IMG/VR virus record: IMGVR_UViG_3300010429_001449 | Reading direction: 5' to 3' (one strand) | Length of the DNA stretch: 64,000 bases | From: a virus | Taxonomy: Duplodnaviria; Caudoviricetes | In this document: piece after piece, positions 1 through 9,059 of the stretch | How the letters are laid out: each line of letters begins with the position of its first letter | How positions within the stretch are numbered: the stretch's first letter is position 1 | Made by a program: the position numbers and the translations under genes | The notes under the pieces: generated by a model | Databases searched by the model: none | What the model was told of the DNA's origin: nothing | The model's input: only the letters and a program-made list of their open reading frames with translations

Positions 1-115
1 GAAATGACCGCGACGTTCAGAGTATTAGTCTGTTGCCTAGCTATTAGGCTACGTTTCCTTTGGTGGAAATGATGGGAGTTGCACCCATAATGTAGTCGCA
101 ATCGGCATTCAGCCC
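1..115 (-). ncRNA. Y-RNA-like (YrlA-like) RNA with circularly permuted tRNA domain; 3' end runs off window
   Basis: Minus strand: GGGCUGAAUGCC-GAUUGCGAC-UACAU, T arm AUGGG/UGCAACU/CCCAU (72-88), closed acceptor stem CAUUUCC-ACCAAA-GGAAACG (52-71), D arm GCCU/AAUAGCU/AGGC (35-49), anticodon-like arm CAGA/CUAAUAC/UCUG, then AAC-GUCGCGGUC pairing with GAUUGCGAC. Lies just downstream of the Ro60 gene behind its own promoter and boxA. Confidence 0.8.
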
Positions 116-123
116 AAAGTTGT

Positions 124-244
124 TAGCGGCTGGCCGGGATTCAGGGGACGAGCAATTCAGTTCTCGCCACGGGGTTTTGTACGTTCATTCATTAAACCCG
201 CTGCTCCCTGTCCCAACGCGCTTCTAAGCTTTCGCTCGCCGCTA
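124..244 (-). ncRNA. putative structured ncRNA co-transcribed with the Y-like RNA
   Basis: Closing stem UAGCGGC/GCCGCUA, GAGC-GAAA-GCUU hairpin, GUUGGGA/UCCCGGC and CAGGG/CCCUG stems, two distal hairpins; no ORF; between boxA and the Y-like RNA. Confidence 0.5.
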
Positions 245-277
245 CTTGCTCCACGCTGCAGCCGCATTCAATCTAGC

Positions 278-290
278 GATGTCAAAGAAC
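278..290 (-). promoter_or_regulatory. boxA-like antitermination element
   Basis: GTTCTTTGACATC downstream of promoter 322-349; matches copies at 22577 and 25206, all heading stable-RNA operons. Confidence 0.65.
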
Positions 291-321
291 AGCACGGCGT
301 CGCTTGCTAGGCGATACCCTT

Positions 322-349
322 AGTATAACAGAACCAAGGGGAATGTCAA
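322..349 (-). promoter_or_regulatory. sigma70-type promoter
   Basis: TTGACA-16bp-TATACT, one of 18 copies. Confidence 0.85.
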
Positions 350-390
350 GGCTTTTTCACAAAAAAATCCCGAAGTTCGTCGACTCTGAG

Positions 391-449
391 CAAAATATTA
401 TGCTTAAAAGTGCGCGAAACTTCACACAGATTTAAGCATAATTTTTTGC
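391..449. repeat. AT-rich inverted repeat
   Basis: CAAAATATTATGCTTAAA ... TTTAAGCATAATTTTTTG, 18-bp arms with 1 mismatch. Confidence 0.6.
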
Positions 450-457
450 CCGGAGTC

Positions 458-494
458 AAAAGCGGAAGGGGCGGGGGCTGCCTGCCCCTTCCGC
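458..494 (-). terminator. intrinsic terminator of the Ro60 gene
   Basis: GCGGAAGGGGCAGG/CCCGCCCCTTCCGC stem followed by TTTT on minus strand. Confidence 0.75.
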
Positions 495-504
495 GAGCGT
501 CCGA

Positions 505-2277
505 TTACTCGGACGCTTCTTCTGCTTCATCGGGCGCTGCGTCGCTTGCGCTCTTGCAAGCGGCGGCCAGATCGATGGCTTCGATCTCGCGCACCCACAC
601 GGATACGTCCTTCTCCGGCTTTGCCGTCGCCGTCTTCGTCTCCGTGCCCGGCTTTACGCCGTTGTTCAAGAAGTCGATGATGACCGACCATACAGCGTTG
701 GACCATCCGCCGATGTTCAGAATATCGGCGTCGCCTTCCGGAGCCTGCGTACTGTCGTTGGCCGCAAGGTCCAAACAGACCATCCGTGCGCCTGGACAAC
801 GCGACCGCAGCGCATTGAACTGCGCCATGAGTTCCGTGCCGCCATTACGCACGGTACGTCCCCTAGAATCAACCCACGACTCGTTGTCAGAAATGATGAC
901 AACGCGATTGATCTTCTGTTGCGCACGGTTGACCCGCGCCAGCGGAGCCGAAATGCACGTTCCGCCCCCACCGGCGTGTCGGATCGCATTAGTAAGCGTC
1001 AGAATCGAGTCCCTACGCTCCAACTTGACAGGAAGCACGTCGTTGGCGAACGGCATTACGGTCGATCCCATGTTCCTCTTGTAGAGGATGGCTGCCAGCA
1101 GCGAGGAAATGTCCGCGCACGTAGCCTTCGTCGTGGCCGAGCCACGGTAGCCGGTTACTGGCGCGTCCATCGATCCCGACAGGTCTGGCGCAATCAGCAG
1201 AGCGCCGTCGATGCCGATCATGTTGCTCGTTGCGAGGTCCATCGCGTCGTGCAGTGCGTCCCGAATAGCTTCCGGAACTTCGGTGTGGACGAAATCGTAA
1301 GCCGTCTTGATCTCGTACGGGAAGGGCTTGACCCTTTCCTGAATCTCCTCCTTGTCCCGGAGCTTCTCCGCGATGGCCTTGACAGCCTTCTCATTGCTGA
1401 ACACGCCTTGACGCTTGTACGTATTCAGATTCTTGAGGGTCTGTCTCCAGCCGCCGCGCAGCGCAAGCTGCCGCCAATGCTCTTCCTTCAGAGGAAGCGA
1501 CGACAGGAACTCCCAACGCACTCCCTTCGGAAGCGGGGCCGACTCACCCGCCAGCAATGCGGCCTTGAACGTCTCGTAGTCGCGGATGCACTTCGGCAGC
1601 TTGTCCCAGTCGGGAGCAAGCTCCGGGCGATTCGCGCAGAGCGCCTTGGCCTCACCGAGGGTGCGTGGGCACTTGCCGATCAAGTAGGCGAAGATAGCCC
1701 GTTCCTCTGCCGTGCGCGGCGTCGGGTGAACCATCTTGATTACGTCCGACAGGCTCACCGTGCCTTTGGCCGATCCACCGACAGAGTCGCCGAAAAGCTG
1801 ATCACCCGTGCGGCTCCGCAGCCAGTCACGAATGGCCTTCTTCGGAACCGCGCCAAGCGACTTCCGACCGACCGCACCGCTACGCATAATTTGCGTGAAG
1901 CCGAGCAGCATCTTGCCGTTCGTCACGACGCGACCGAAAGCGCGATTGAACCACGAACGACCGTCTGCGTCCCGCGAAGTCAGATGGGCAAGCAGGAGCG
2001 CCGGAGCGTCCTTCATTCCACCGTTTTCACGAGCGTACACAGCCGTCTTGGCAACGTATTCGGGCGTGTTGACCGCAGCCAGGGCCAGCATCTTGGCCAG
2101 TTCGTTTTCTCCGCTCTGATAGAACGTTCCGCCCTCCGGAAGCGTTCCAGTCATGGCGAACTGGGCGAGCGCGTGCTTGTCCGTGAACTTGTAAGCCACT
2201 CCCCCTGCTTCGTTGACCGTGTTGGTCGGAGGAGCCGTACGACCTCTCTGCGTCTTAAAAAGCTTCTTCGCTGGCAT
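505..2277 (-). CDS. rsr: Ro60/TROVE-domain RNA-binding protein with C-terminal vWA
   Basis: N-terminal NEAGGVAY...ALAQFAMTG...TFY, MKDAPALLLA, GRKSLG, DVIKMVHP, MIDAS DLSGSM, GGGGT, IISDNESW. Confidence 0.93.
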   Translation of the reverse strand: MPAKKLFKTQRGRTAPPTNTVNEAGGVAYKFTDKHALAQFAMTGTLPEGGTFYQSGENELAKMLALAAVNTPEYVAKTAVYARENGGMKDAPALLLAHLTSRDADGRSWFNRAFGRVVTNGKMLLGFTQIMRSGAVGRKSLGAVPKKAIRDWLRSRTGDQLFGDSVGGSAKGTVSLSDVIKMVHPTPRTAEERAIFAYLIGKCPRTLGEAKALCANRPELAPDWDKLPKCIRDYETFKAALLAGESAPLPKGVRWEFLSSLPLKEEHWRQLALRGGWRQTLKNLNTYKRQGVFSNEKAVKAIAEKLRDKEEIQERVKPFPYEIKTAYDFVHTEVPEAIRDALHDAMDLATSNMIGIDGALLIAPDLSGSMDAPVTGYRGSATTKATCADISSLLAAILYKRNMGSTVMPFANDVLPVKLERRDSILTLTNAIRHAGGGGTCISAPLARVNRAQQKINRVVIISDNESWVDSRGRTVRNGGTELMAQFNALRSRCPGARMVCLDLAANDSTQAPEGDADILNIGGWSNAVWSVIIDFLNNGVKPGTETKTATAKPEKDVSVWVREIEAIDLAAACKSASDAAPDEAEEASE

Positions 2278-2355
2278 TTCATGCTCCTTTCTAAGGGAAA
2301 GCCTTAGCGAATTAGGAGCCGCCGCGTTGTGCGGCGTTCCATAAGCAACACCCTT

Positions 2356-2383
2356 AGTATAACGGAGCGTATAGAAATGTCAA
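2356..2383 (-). promoter_or_regulatory. sigma70-type promoter (Ro60)
   Basis: TTGACA-16bp-TATACT. Confidence 0.85.
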
Positions 2384-2417
2384 GCGAATTATTGAGAATT
2401 TCTCGGATAGAGGGCGT

Positions 2418-2636
2418 CTAGGAGCCGGGCGGGACGACGTGGATTTCGGCTTCAATCGCGGCTTCGACTTCGACCCACAGCAACCGTCCGACGACAGCGG
2501 CGGAGTACCCTTCCAGAATGTTGTTGACGATCAGTTCATCCACCAGAAAGGAGAGAACTGTTCTGTTTGCACCGCCGCCACGCGCAAAGGCTCCGCTGCC
2601 TACGCCTACGTTTCTCGTTGCAGATGTGAATGCCAT
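2418..2636 (-). CDS. small hypothetical protein
   Basis: ORF on coding strand, AAGGA upstream, variant promoter near 2741-2769. Confidence 0.45.
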   Translation of the reverse strand: MAFTSATRNVGVGSGAFARGGGANRTVLSFLVDELIVNNILEGYSAAVVGRLLWVEVEAAIEAEIHVVPPGS

Positions 2637-2772
2637 TTCTCGACCCGTCCTTCGTTTCGTTTCAACACACGCGCCCGCAGGGGGCGCGAAAACAAACGAT
2701 TAAAAGGCAATTGACCGCCTTTGCAACCTTCATAGCATCTGGTTTAACACACGGGGCGGCGGTTGTCAAGCA

Positions 2773-3003
2773 CTATAATTCAGCGTCTTGCCCGTTCAGA
2801 AGTTCCGCGATTACTTTTCGGCAAAGAACGCAGGTTATAGGCTTCTTGGCAGTGACACACTCAATACCCAGCGGCCACGACTGTCCGCAAGCAGTAGCAG
2901 CATAGACAGGTGTGATACCGTCGTGTACTTCCAGCCAAGCTACGTGTGTCTTAGACTTCGTCGGATTTCCCGGCGTTCCCTTCCTGACTATTAACAACGG
3001 CAT
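2773..3003 (-). CDS. hypothetical protein (CxxC)
   Basis: ORF in operon; resembles 3673..3918 (SKTH...CG...TCxxCR). Confidence 0.6.
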   Translation of the reverse strand: MPLLIVRKGTPGNPTKSKTHVAWLEVHDGITPVYAATACGQSWPLGIECVTAKKPITCVLCRKVIAELLNGQDAEL

Positions 3004-3676
3004 CGGTTGCTTCCTTTCTCTTTCTGTCTCGGTAGTCGTAGTACCTACTCAGTGCGCCGAGTTGGGCTATCCCATCCATTTTGTAGGGCCACGTATGCCT
3101 TTCCCTGATGCGCTGCTCCAGAACATTGAAACCGGGCAGCCACGGCAAGGCCGCCTCGATTGTCGTGTGTGCAAAACGCCGCTTGTGCCACGCATCAGGC
3201 TCACTTAAGCAAACAGCGTCCCATGTATCTCCGCGCCTGCGCCACTGACGCTCCGTTAGATGCTCCGGCATATCGGTGTTATCCCAGTAGCCGTACTCTT
3301 CAACGTAAGGAGCCAAGCCCACAATGTCAGGAGGTTCGCACACACTGGCGAAGATAGGCTGGATGTACCAGTGCCGTTTGTAAGGCCAAGCGTTGAAACA
3401 GGTATCAACATTGCCGGGATGGTGACACTGTTCGTGCGCGACAACGGCAAGGAAAAAGAAGTCGCAGAGCGCCAGGAATGGCGCTGCGTTTTCCTTCGAT
3501 ATACCTTCGGGAACGCGCTTCTCCCATCCCTCTGCCAACGAATCCGGCACCATTGCAGTAACGGCTTTGTCCAAGAAGGCTGTAACCGTATCGAACGCAG
3601 CGGCGTCGAACAAATCAGTGAACTCGCCGAGCTTGCTGTACGGGATACGATAGCCGTGATACATCTTCGTGCTCAC
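2951..3676 (-). CDS. hypothetical phage protein
   Basis: Long ORF; probable GTG start overlapping the upstream stop. Confidence 0.65.
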   Translation of the reverse strand: MSTKMYHGYRIPYSKLGEFTDLFDAAAFDTVTAFLDKAVTAMVPDSLAEGWEKRVPEGISKENAAPFLALCDFFFLAVVAHEQCHHPGNVDTCFNAWPYKRHWYIQPIFASVCEPPDIVGLAPYVEEYGYWDNTDMPEHLTERQWRRRGDTWDAVCLSEPDAWHKRRFAHTTIEAALPWLPGFNVLEQRIRERHTWPYKMDGIAQLGALSRYYDYRDRKRKEATDAVVNSQEGNAGKSDEV

Positions 3677-3918
3677 TCTTTCTCTCCGCACGCCAACGCC
3701 GTCTGCAGTTTTTCTATCTTTTCCCGCATCGCCTCGCGGCACCGTAAGCACGTAACATTCCCAGGCGTAATTAGTTGCGATTCGTCCGAATACCAGCAAC
3801 GTCCGCAGAAAGTCATCCTAGAGCGAACACCTGTCGTGGTGTCCAAGCCAAATTGCTCGACGAAATGCGTTTTGCTTCCCGGCACGCGCTTACCATTACG
3901 AAGAGGTACTATCCGCAT
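3673..3918 (-). CDS. hypothetical protein (CxxC)
   Basis: Coupled ORF; paralog-like to 2773..3003. Confidence 0.6.
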   Translation of the reverse strand: MRIVPLRNGKRVPGSKTHFVEQFGLDTTTGVRSRMTFCGRCWYSDESQLITPGNVTCLRCREAMREKIEKLQTALACGEKE

Positions 3919-5365
3919 CTTCCGTCTCCTTTCGCCAATAGGCCAAACGCGCCTCTGCCATCTGAATGTACTCGGGGCATTCGTCTATGCCAATGCCGCG
4001 CAGACCTTCCAGCGCGGCGGCGCACAAAATGGAACCAGAACCGCAGAACGGGTCCAGAACGAGACCGCCTACGGGAGTAATGAGCCGCAAGAGGTATTTG
4101 CAAAGTTGCAACGGCTTTACGGTCGGGTGAACGTTTCCTTCGCCCCGGAGTCGTGGCCGTTGCTTAGTCTCCGTATAGATTCGTTCTTCCTCTGCTAGGA
4201 GAGTTTCCCACGTTGCTTTGTCTATGCGGACAATGCCGCTTGGACGACTGCTGTCGAGCCGCCAGTAGAAGTCTTCAAGACCTTTGTTTCTCTCACTTGG
4301 CGCAGCCTTAGAGCAGTAAAAATAGCGCGAAGCGCCGCCTTCGTCGGTATGTCCTCGCGCCCCGCGATTCGTCTGAAACGTACCGCCCCACGTGTTGCCC
4401 AAAGGCGCTTCGCTAGGAGCTTCGATCCGTTTGGTTTTCGAGTAACCGCTCTGTTCGTCTAGCTCTTTGGCCGGGCAGCCATCAACACAATCCTCCGAGC
4501 CGGGAAAGCACTTGAAAAAACGCGAAGCGCCTCCTTCATCCGCGTAGGAATCCCGCAAAATTGCCTTGTCCGGCATATCCCCGCCGTACCCGCCTTGTCC
4601 TTTGGACTTCTTGCGTTCCTGACCAGCAGCCATACGTCCGCTTTTCAAGTGGCCGCTCTGTTCATCCAACTCATGCGCGGGACATTCCTCGGAACATGCC
4701 TCTCCGCACTCCGGAGAGTGCGTAAACACTACGTCGGCGGGAAAACGGCCTACGTCGGTCGTTCCCACGGCGCGGCAGCCCTTCAAACCCGTGCCGTAAG
4801 CGTGTCGTTCCTCGTTGTCGTTGTTTCCTGTCGTTCTGAGGGGTCTCCCGGCGGCTGGGATGCGACAATCATCTATGCGGAGGGTTCCAGTGCCCCAGGT
4901 CTCGATATTTCGCTCTACAGACCCGTCGCAGGGCTTCTGGCCGAAAATCCATTCCTCGGTTGCGGGCTTCAGTTGGTGTTTGCTTTTGGGCCATCCTTGT
5001 CCGAAATGATGATAGACCTTACCTTTGATGTAAAATCCGCCGTCTTCCACGGCGGTAGCCGTCCAATGAGCCGTGCGCGGGAGAGACCAGACAAGGATGT
5101 GGCCGCCCGGTTTCAGGACGCGGTAGCATTCCGTCATCACGGACGCCAACCACGCCACCCATTTATCGCGGCCCCCTCTATCCGAATCCCATCCTACACG
5201 GGAATCCATGAAGTTAATAGCTGCAGGGGGGTCCGTAACTATCGAATCAACACAGTTGTCGCCCATTTCCGTGAGCAGAGCGAGGCAATCACCAGTCAAG
5301 AGCTTAAACGGTTCCACGTTTTTTTCTCCACACATAGACGCACTTGCGAAGTTCCTGTCTGCCAT
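3896..5365 (-). CDS. DNA N6A/N4C methyltransferase (beta order)
   Basis: SIVTDPPA, RVLKPGG, HPTVKP, VLDPFCGSGS. Confidence 0.88.
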   Translation of the reverse strand: MADRNFASASMCGEKNVEPFKLLTGDCLALLTEMGDNCVDSIVTDPPAAINFMDSRVGWDSDRGGRDKWVAWLASVMTECYRVLKPGGHILVWSLPRTAHWTATAVEDGGFYIKGKVYHHFGQGWPKSKHQLKPATEEWIFGQKPCDGSVERNIETWGTGTLRIDDCRIPAAGRPLRTTGNNDNEERHAYGTGLKGCRAVGTTDVGRFPADVVFTHSPECGEACSEECPAHELDEQSGHLKSGRMAAGQERKKSKGQGGYGGDMPDKAILRDSYADEGGASRFFKCFPGSEDCVDGCPAKELDEQSGYSKTKRIEAPSEAPLGNTWGGTFQTNRGARGHTDEGGASRYFYCSKAAPSERNKGLEDFYWRLDSSRPSGIVRIDKATWETLLAEEERIYTETKQRPRLRGEGNVHPTVKPLQLCKYLLRLITPVGGLVLDPFCGSGSILCAAALEGLRGIGIDECPEYIQMAEARLAYWRKETEDADSTSS

Positions 5366-6650
5366 TCTTGGCCATCTGCTGGCTGCTGTTGCCTTTTCCG
5401 TGCGGGACTACCCAGATAGCCTCTACGTCAAAGCCGACATGCTGAGCGAAATCGGAGAGAATGAGGTCTACCGGAATAGGTATCCATTGATACTGCACGT
5501 TGTCATTGACCATCACGAAAGGAGCGCCTTCTTTAAGCAGGACGGCGGCCTGCGCGATAACCAAGCTCATCTCAAAGAAGTAATTATAGACCAGTACCGT
5601 TATTTTGGGGTTATTCAGCATCCCCGTAGCGCGGCAAAAGATCAGTTTCGCCACAATCTCGGCGAGGTCTTTCTGCGCCTCGAACGCCGTCTTAGCCGCT
5701 GCGTAAACGTCGGCGGAGAAATAGCCGGTCAAATCCGTCTTGCTAAGATTCTCCACGGTACAACTCAGCATAGCCTGGCGAAGCGATTTCACCGCATCAG
5801 CACTTTCGCCGAGCAGAGCCAATTCCAGAGCGTACGTTCGCGTGTAGTCGTAGCGGTTGCAGTAGGGAGGGGAAGTGATTATGCCGTCAAAACTGGCTGG
5901 TGCGAGCAAGCCCATGATCTGTAGGCACGATCCTTTAATCAACGAGACACGCCCTTTGTGCCCGTCTGGAACAGCGCCCGCCAACAAGTCGGCCTCTATG
6001 CGAGCTAGTTTACTCTGGATTGCCTGCGTGAAAGATGCGATGTGGCGCTTGTGAAATGTCTTTCCCGCCGAATGGCCGGAGCGACTATCCCACCGCAAGT
6101 ACTGACCGTCTTTCCGAGTGTAACTGATTTCCTCCAGAACGCTCAGCGCGGCGAGACCCAACACACGCCCTAGCACGATGTTATGCACCCGACATGCGTC
6201 ATAACGGTAACGGCACAACTGCCGTTCGGTTTCTGGAGGAAACGCGCCGCGTGTAATCGGCAGATGATAGAATGGAATCGTCTCTCCTGCGCGTTCCCAC
6301 GAACGCGCCTCACTAAACCGTTTGATTCCGTCCGCCAAGTCTTTCTTATCGCTCACACCTACATCTCTGAGCGCACTGATTACTACCTGCCCGTAGGGCA
6401 GAAGTTCAATGCCCGTCGCTGAGAGTCCTGCATTACTCGCGGCGAAGAGCGTCGTCCCTGTGCCAGCAAACGGGTCCAACACACAGCCGGATTTGAGGCC
6501 AGTCTTAGCCAAGACATACGTCACAAAGTCCGCCGAGAAGCCTTCTCTGAACGGACACCAACCGTAGCTACCGTTGTCCTTGTTGCCCTGAGAGCTAACA
6601 AGTTGTCGGGTCAAATCGGGATTAATCTGTAGCTTGTCTGTAACAGACAT
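5304..6650 (-). CDS. DNA N4C methyltransferase (alpha order)
   Basis: VLDPFAGTGTT N-terminal, IITSPPY C-terminal. Confidence 0.88.
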   Translation of the reverse strand: MSVTDKLQINPDLTRQLVSSQGNKDNGSYGWCPFREGFSADFVTYVLAKTGLKSGCVLDPFAGTGTTLFAASNAGLSATGIELLPYGQVVISALRDVGVSDKKDLADGIKRFSEARSWERAGETIPFYHLPITRGAFPPETERQLCRYRYDACRVHNIVLGRVLGLAALSVLEEISYTRKDGQYLRWDSRSGHSAGKTFHKRHIASFTQAIQSKLARIEADLLAGAVPDGHKGRVSLIKGSCLQIMGLLAPASFDGIITSPPYCNRYDYTRTYALELALLGESADAVKSLRQAMLSCTVENLSKTDLTGYFSADVYAAAKTAFEAQKDLAEIVAKLIFCRATGMLNNPKITVLVYNYFFEMSLVIAQAAVLLKEGAPFVMVNDNVQYQWIPIPVDLILSDFAQHVGFDVEAIWVVPHGKGNSSQQMAKNGRQELRKCVYVWRKKRGTV

Positions 6651-7285
6651 TATTCGTCCCTCTCGCAGGAACCGTTCCGAAGAACGATCCAAAAGCAGTG
6701 CTGCTTACGGAGATGCTTTACAGTCTTCCACATGCTGGACTTCAAGTGTCCCGCGCACGGGTCCACCTTTACGAGCATATCGCACGGAGTTAGCCCCTGA
6801 ACCACCGCTTCGTTAATCAGGGCGACGTGCTGCCACTGGTACTTGTGGTTGCGAACAAGGTCCGCAATCTTCACAAGCACAATAGCGTTGGGTTTCAAAA
6901 GTCGCTTAAACTCAGCCAGCGCGGACGGAAACAGCCCTACCACCGTATCTTTCTCGCGCCCGTCCGTGAACTTCGGCGTGTTGTATCGCTGGTTGTAGAT
7001 GCTCGATTCACTGATGTTCCCCGGCCAATGAGGCGGGTCGAACACGATTACGTCGAAGGAAGCGTCCGGAAAAGGAAGTTGGCGAAAGTCGGCGGCAACA
7101 TCTACGGACAGAGTCGGGTCTTTGTCTGTCTTTATTGTCGGAGCGAGCGCAGCCTTCTTCCACATGCGCCCGCCGCCGTAGGTGCAATCAAGGATTGCCG
7201 GTTCCGGCGGCGCGTGTACGGAAAGAAGGACGTTGAGCGCTTCAGAATCCGTCCCGAACAGCAACGACATTGGGCGATCTGCCAC
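6650..7285 (-). CDS. SAM-dependent (probably DNA amino) methyltransferase
   Basis: ILDCTYGGG, DFRQLPFPDASFDVIVFDPPH, RLLKPN. Confidence 0.8.
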   Translation of the reverse strand: MADRPMSLLFGTDSEALNVLLSVHAPPEPAILDCTYGGGRMWKKAALAPTIKTDKDPTLSVDVAADFRQLPFPDASFDVIVFDPPHWPGNISESSIYNQRYNTPKFTDGREKDTVVGLFPSALAEFKRLLKPNAIVLVKIADLVRNHKYQWQHVALINEAVVQGLTPCDMLVKVDPCAGHLKSSMWKTVKHLRKQHCFWIVLRNGSCERDE

Positions 7286-7294
7286 CGTCGACTC

Positions 7295-7573
7295 CTACGG
7301 GTTAGGGACAGCGTCGAGAATCGCCATAACCTCGCGGAGAAAATCAAGCTGCGTAAGCACCAGTTTGACCTCCGGTCCCTCCAGCGGGTTGCTGTCGCTC
7401 TTTCGCGCAACAGCCGTCACCGCCTTTCCAACTTCCGCGTAGCAGCGCTCGCGCTCTGCCGAGACCAAGAGGAAAATGTCTTTCAACATAGACCTCAACA
7501 CCCGCGCATCTCGGTCGCTACCGTCCGCCTTTTTGACGTTTTCTTCTCCGACGTAGTCAGACGACTTACACAT
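7295..7573 (-). CDS. hypothetical protein
   Basis: ORF in operon. Confidence 0.55.
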   Translation of the reverse strand: MCKSSDYVGEENVKKADGSDRDARVLRSMLKDIFLLVSAERERCYAEVGKAVTAVARKSDSNPLEGPEVKLVLTQLDFLREVMAILDAVPNP

Positions 7574-8036
7574 GCTTGTTCTTCTCCATCAAAATCCAGT
7601 GTTTGTTTGTATTGGGATGCGGCGGCAAGAAGTCCTTGAGCATTTCCGGTTCTGTTACGAACTGCAAGGGACCGAGCCATGAATTGACGACACTGACCAG
7701 ATTCCCTCGTTCCGCATCCACAACCGGCCAAGCACACACGGCGTGCAGATTGAACAGGGGGTGCATTATCGTGAGAATGCCGCCACGCCTGCAGACCTCA
7801 CGCCAATCAGCAGTCTGTTCCATCCTCAACCCAAAGTATTCGACGGTCTCTTTCGCGCAGATCGTGCTTCCGAAGCGACACTTGGCAACATCCTGCGCGG
7901 CGTCTATGTCCGCCACGTCGCCGCCCAAGCACAACACTAAGTTGGCGCAAGCGTAGACGAAACAACACGTACCGCCGCGTTGCTCAAACCACGACGAGCA
8001 CACCGTAGAACCTACGGCAATATTCCCAAGTCCCAA
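7566..8036 (-). CDS. hypothetical protein
   Basis: ORF in operon, AGGAG upstream. Confidence 0.5.
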   Translation of the reverse strand: MGLGNIAVGSTVCSSWFEQRGGTCCFVYACANLVLCLGGDVADIDAAQDVAKCRFGSTICAKETVEYFGLRMEQTADWREVCRRGGILTIMHPLFNLHAVCAWPVVDAERGNLVSVVNSWLGPLQFVTEPEMLKDFLPPHPNTNKHWILMEKNKHV

Positions 8037-8163
8037 AGGTCATTCTCCTTTTCTTCGATGGAGTGATCGGGACAGAAGGCTTCACCGTCGTCTCCTATCC
8101 CCCGCAACGATGCCCGCTACCACGAAGACACCGACTACTACTGCTATGATTGTTCGAGCACGC

Positions 8164-8589
8164 TTACGACTCCTTTCTCGCACGGCGGACGAATCCGTAA
8201 GGGAGACACCCGAAACGAATGTCATCGTCGGTCTCGCCGCGCTTGAACGGCTCTTCTTTGCCGAAGATAGTCGTGATCGTGTAACCATCGGGAAGATGCT
8301 CGTACCATTCGCCGGGGAATAACCAGAGGACGTTTCCTTCCTCGTCGGGATCACGCCACCTACCCAGGCAAAGTTCTACCAACTCATCGTCGGTAGCGTT
8401 CTCGCGCAGCCTGTCGAGATCATCAGCGCTTCGCGGAACCCACTTGACGCGCCGCTGGTCGGGACGCTCGAACTGGGGCGTGATGATTTCGATCTTCTCA
8501 CCGGAGCCTGCGCCCAGAATGCGTTGAAGGGCGCTTGCAAGGTCTGCGCCGTCCAGCTTTTTCGGTTCAAACGACTTCTTCGCGGACAT
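8164..8589 (-). CDS. hypothetical protein
   Basis: Start MSAKK with GGAGG RBS. Confidence 0.7.
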   Translation of the reverse strand: MSAKKSFEPKKLDGADLASALQRILGAGSGEKIEIITPQFERPDQRRVKWVPRSADDLDRLRENATDDELVELCLGRWRDPDEEGNVLWLFPGEWYEHLPDGYTITTIFGKEEPFKRGETDDDIRFGCLPYGFVRRARKES

Positions 8590-8591
8590 GA

Positions 8592-9059
8592 TTATCGTCC
8601 TCCAAAGGGTAAGAGGGGTACCTCTCCTGAGCTTAGCATACGCGCTACGTGAGGCATAGCGGCGTCGCCTATGGTTTGACCCGTCGGAAGCATTATCCAC
8701 GGCAGGAACGCCTTCTCGGGCGGCAGCACATCGTTTTCTACGGCTTCGAGGGCTGCCTTGAGAATCAGGAGCAGAACGCGCCACTGCTGACGACAAGAGG
8801 CTTCCCAAGCCTGTTGCACAGCGCTTTCCGAACGATCAAGACCCGTAGGCGTCTTTGTGAACTCCGGCGCGGCGGGATCAGGAAGCGGCACACGAATCGC
8901 CAGCGGGAGACTGCGGTAGGTGAACTGCACAAGCGCCTGCCGCTGCCGCTGACTGCTCCCAGTAATCACATCGTCCGCGCCGTATTTGCGAAGCGTGCGT
9001 TCGATATCGGCTTGGGTCCGATTCACAGGAACGTCGGTATTAACGGCGTACTTACTCAC
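8592..9059 (-). CDS. conserved-looking hypothetical phage protein
   Basis: YAxxTxVxxxRTQxxIxxxLxKYGA...WRxLLLxxKAxLEAVE pattern. Confidence 0.7.
   Translation of the reverse strand: MSKYAVNTDVPVNRTQADIERTLRKYGADDVITGSSQRQRQALVQFTYRSLPLAIRVPLPDPAAPEFTKTPTGLDRSESAVQQAWEASCRQQWRVLLLILKAALEAVENDVLPPEKAFLPWIMLPTGQTIGDAAMPHVARMLSSGEVPLLPFGGR

Noticed and set aside
1-58. Stand-alone tRNA-Ile(AAT) truncated by the window edge
   Set aside because: No T arm follows the anticodon arm; the T arm and CCA lie upstream, and the following bases pair with the Y-like 5' strand
391-449. dif/Xer site (TTATGCTTAAA resembles a XerD arm; also TTATGCTAAAT near 63500)
   Set aside because: No XerC arm at the 6-bp spacing
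919-2307. Long plus-strand ORFs antisense to real genes (also 3260, 15901, 45295, 54229 and others)
   Set aside because: Shadows of GC-rich minus-strand genes, with no motifs, RBS or promoters
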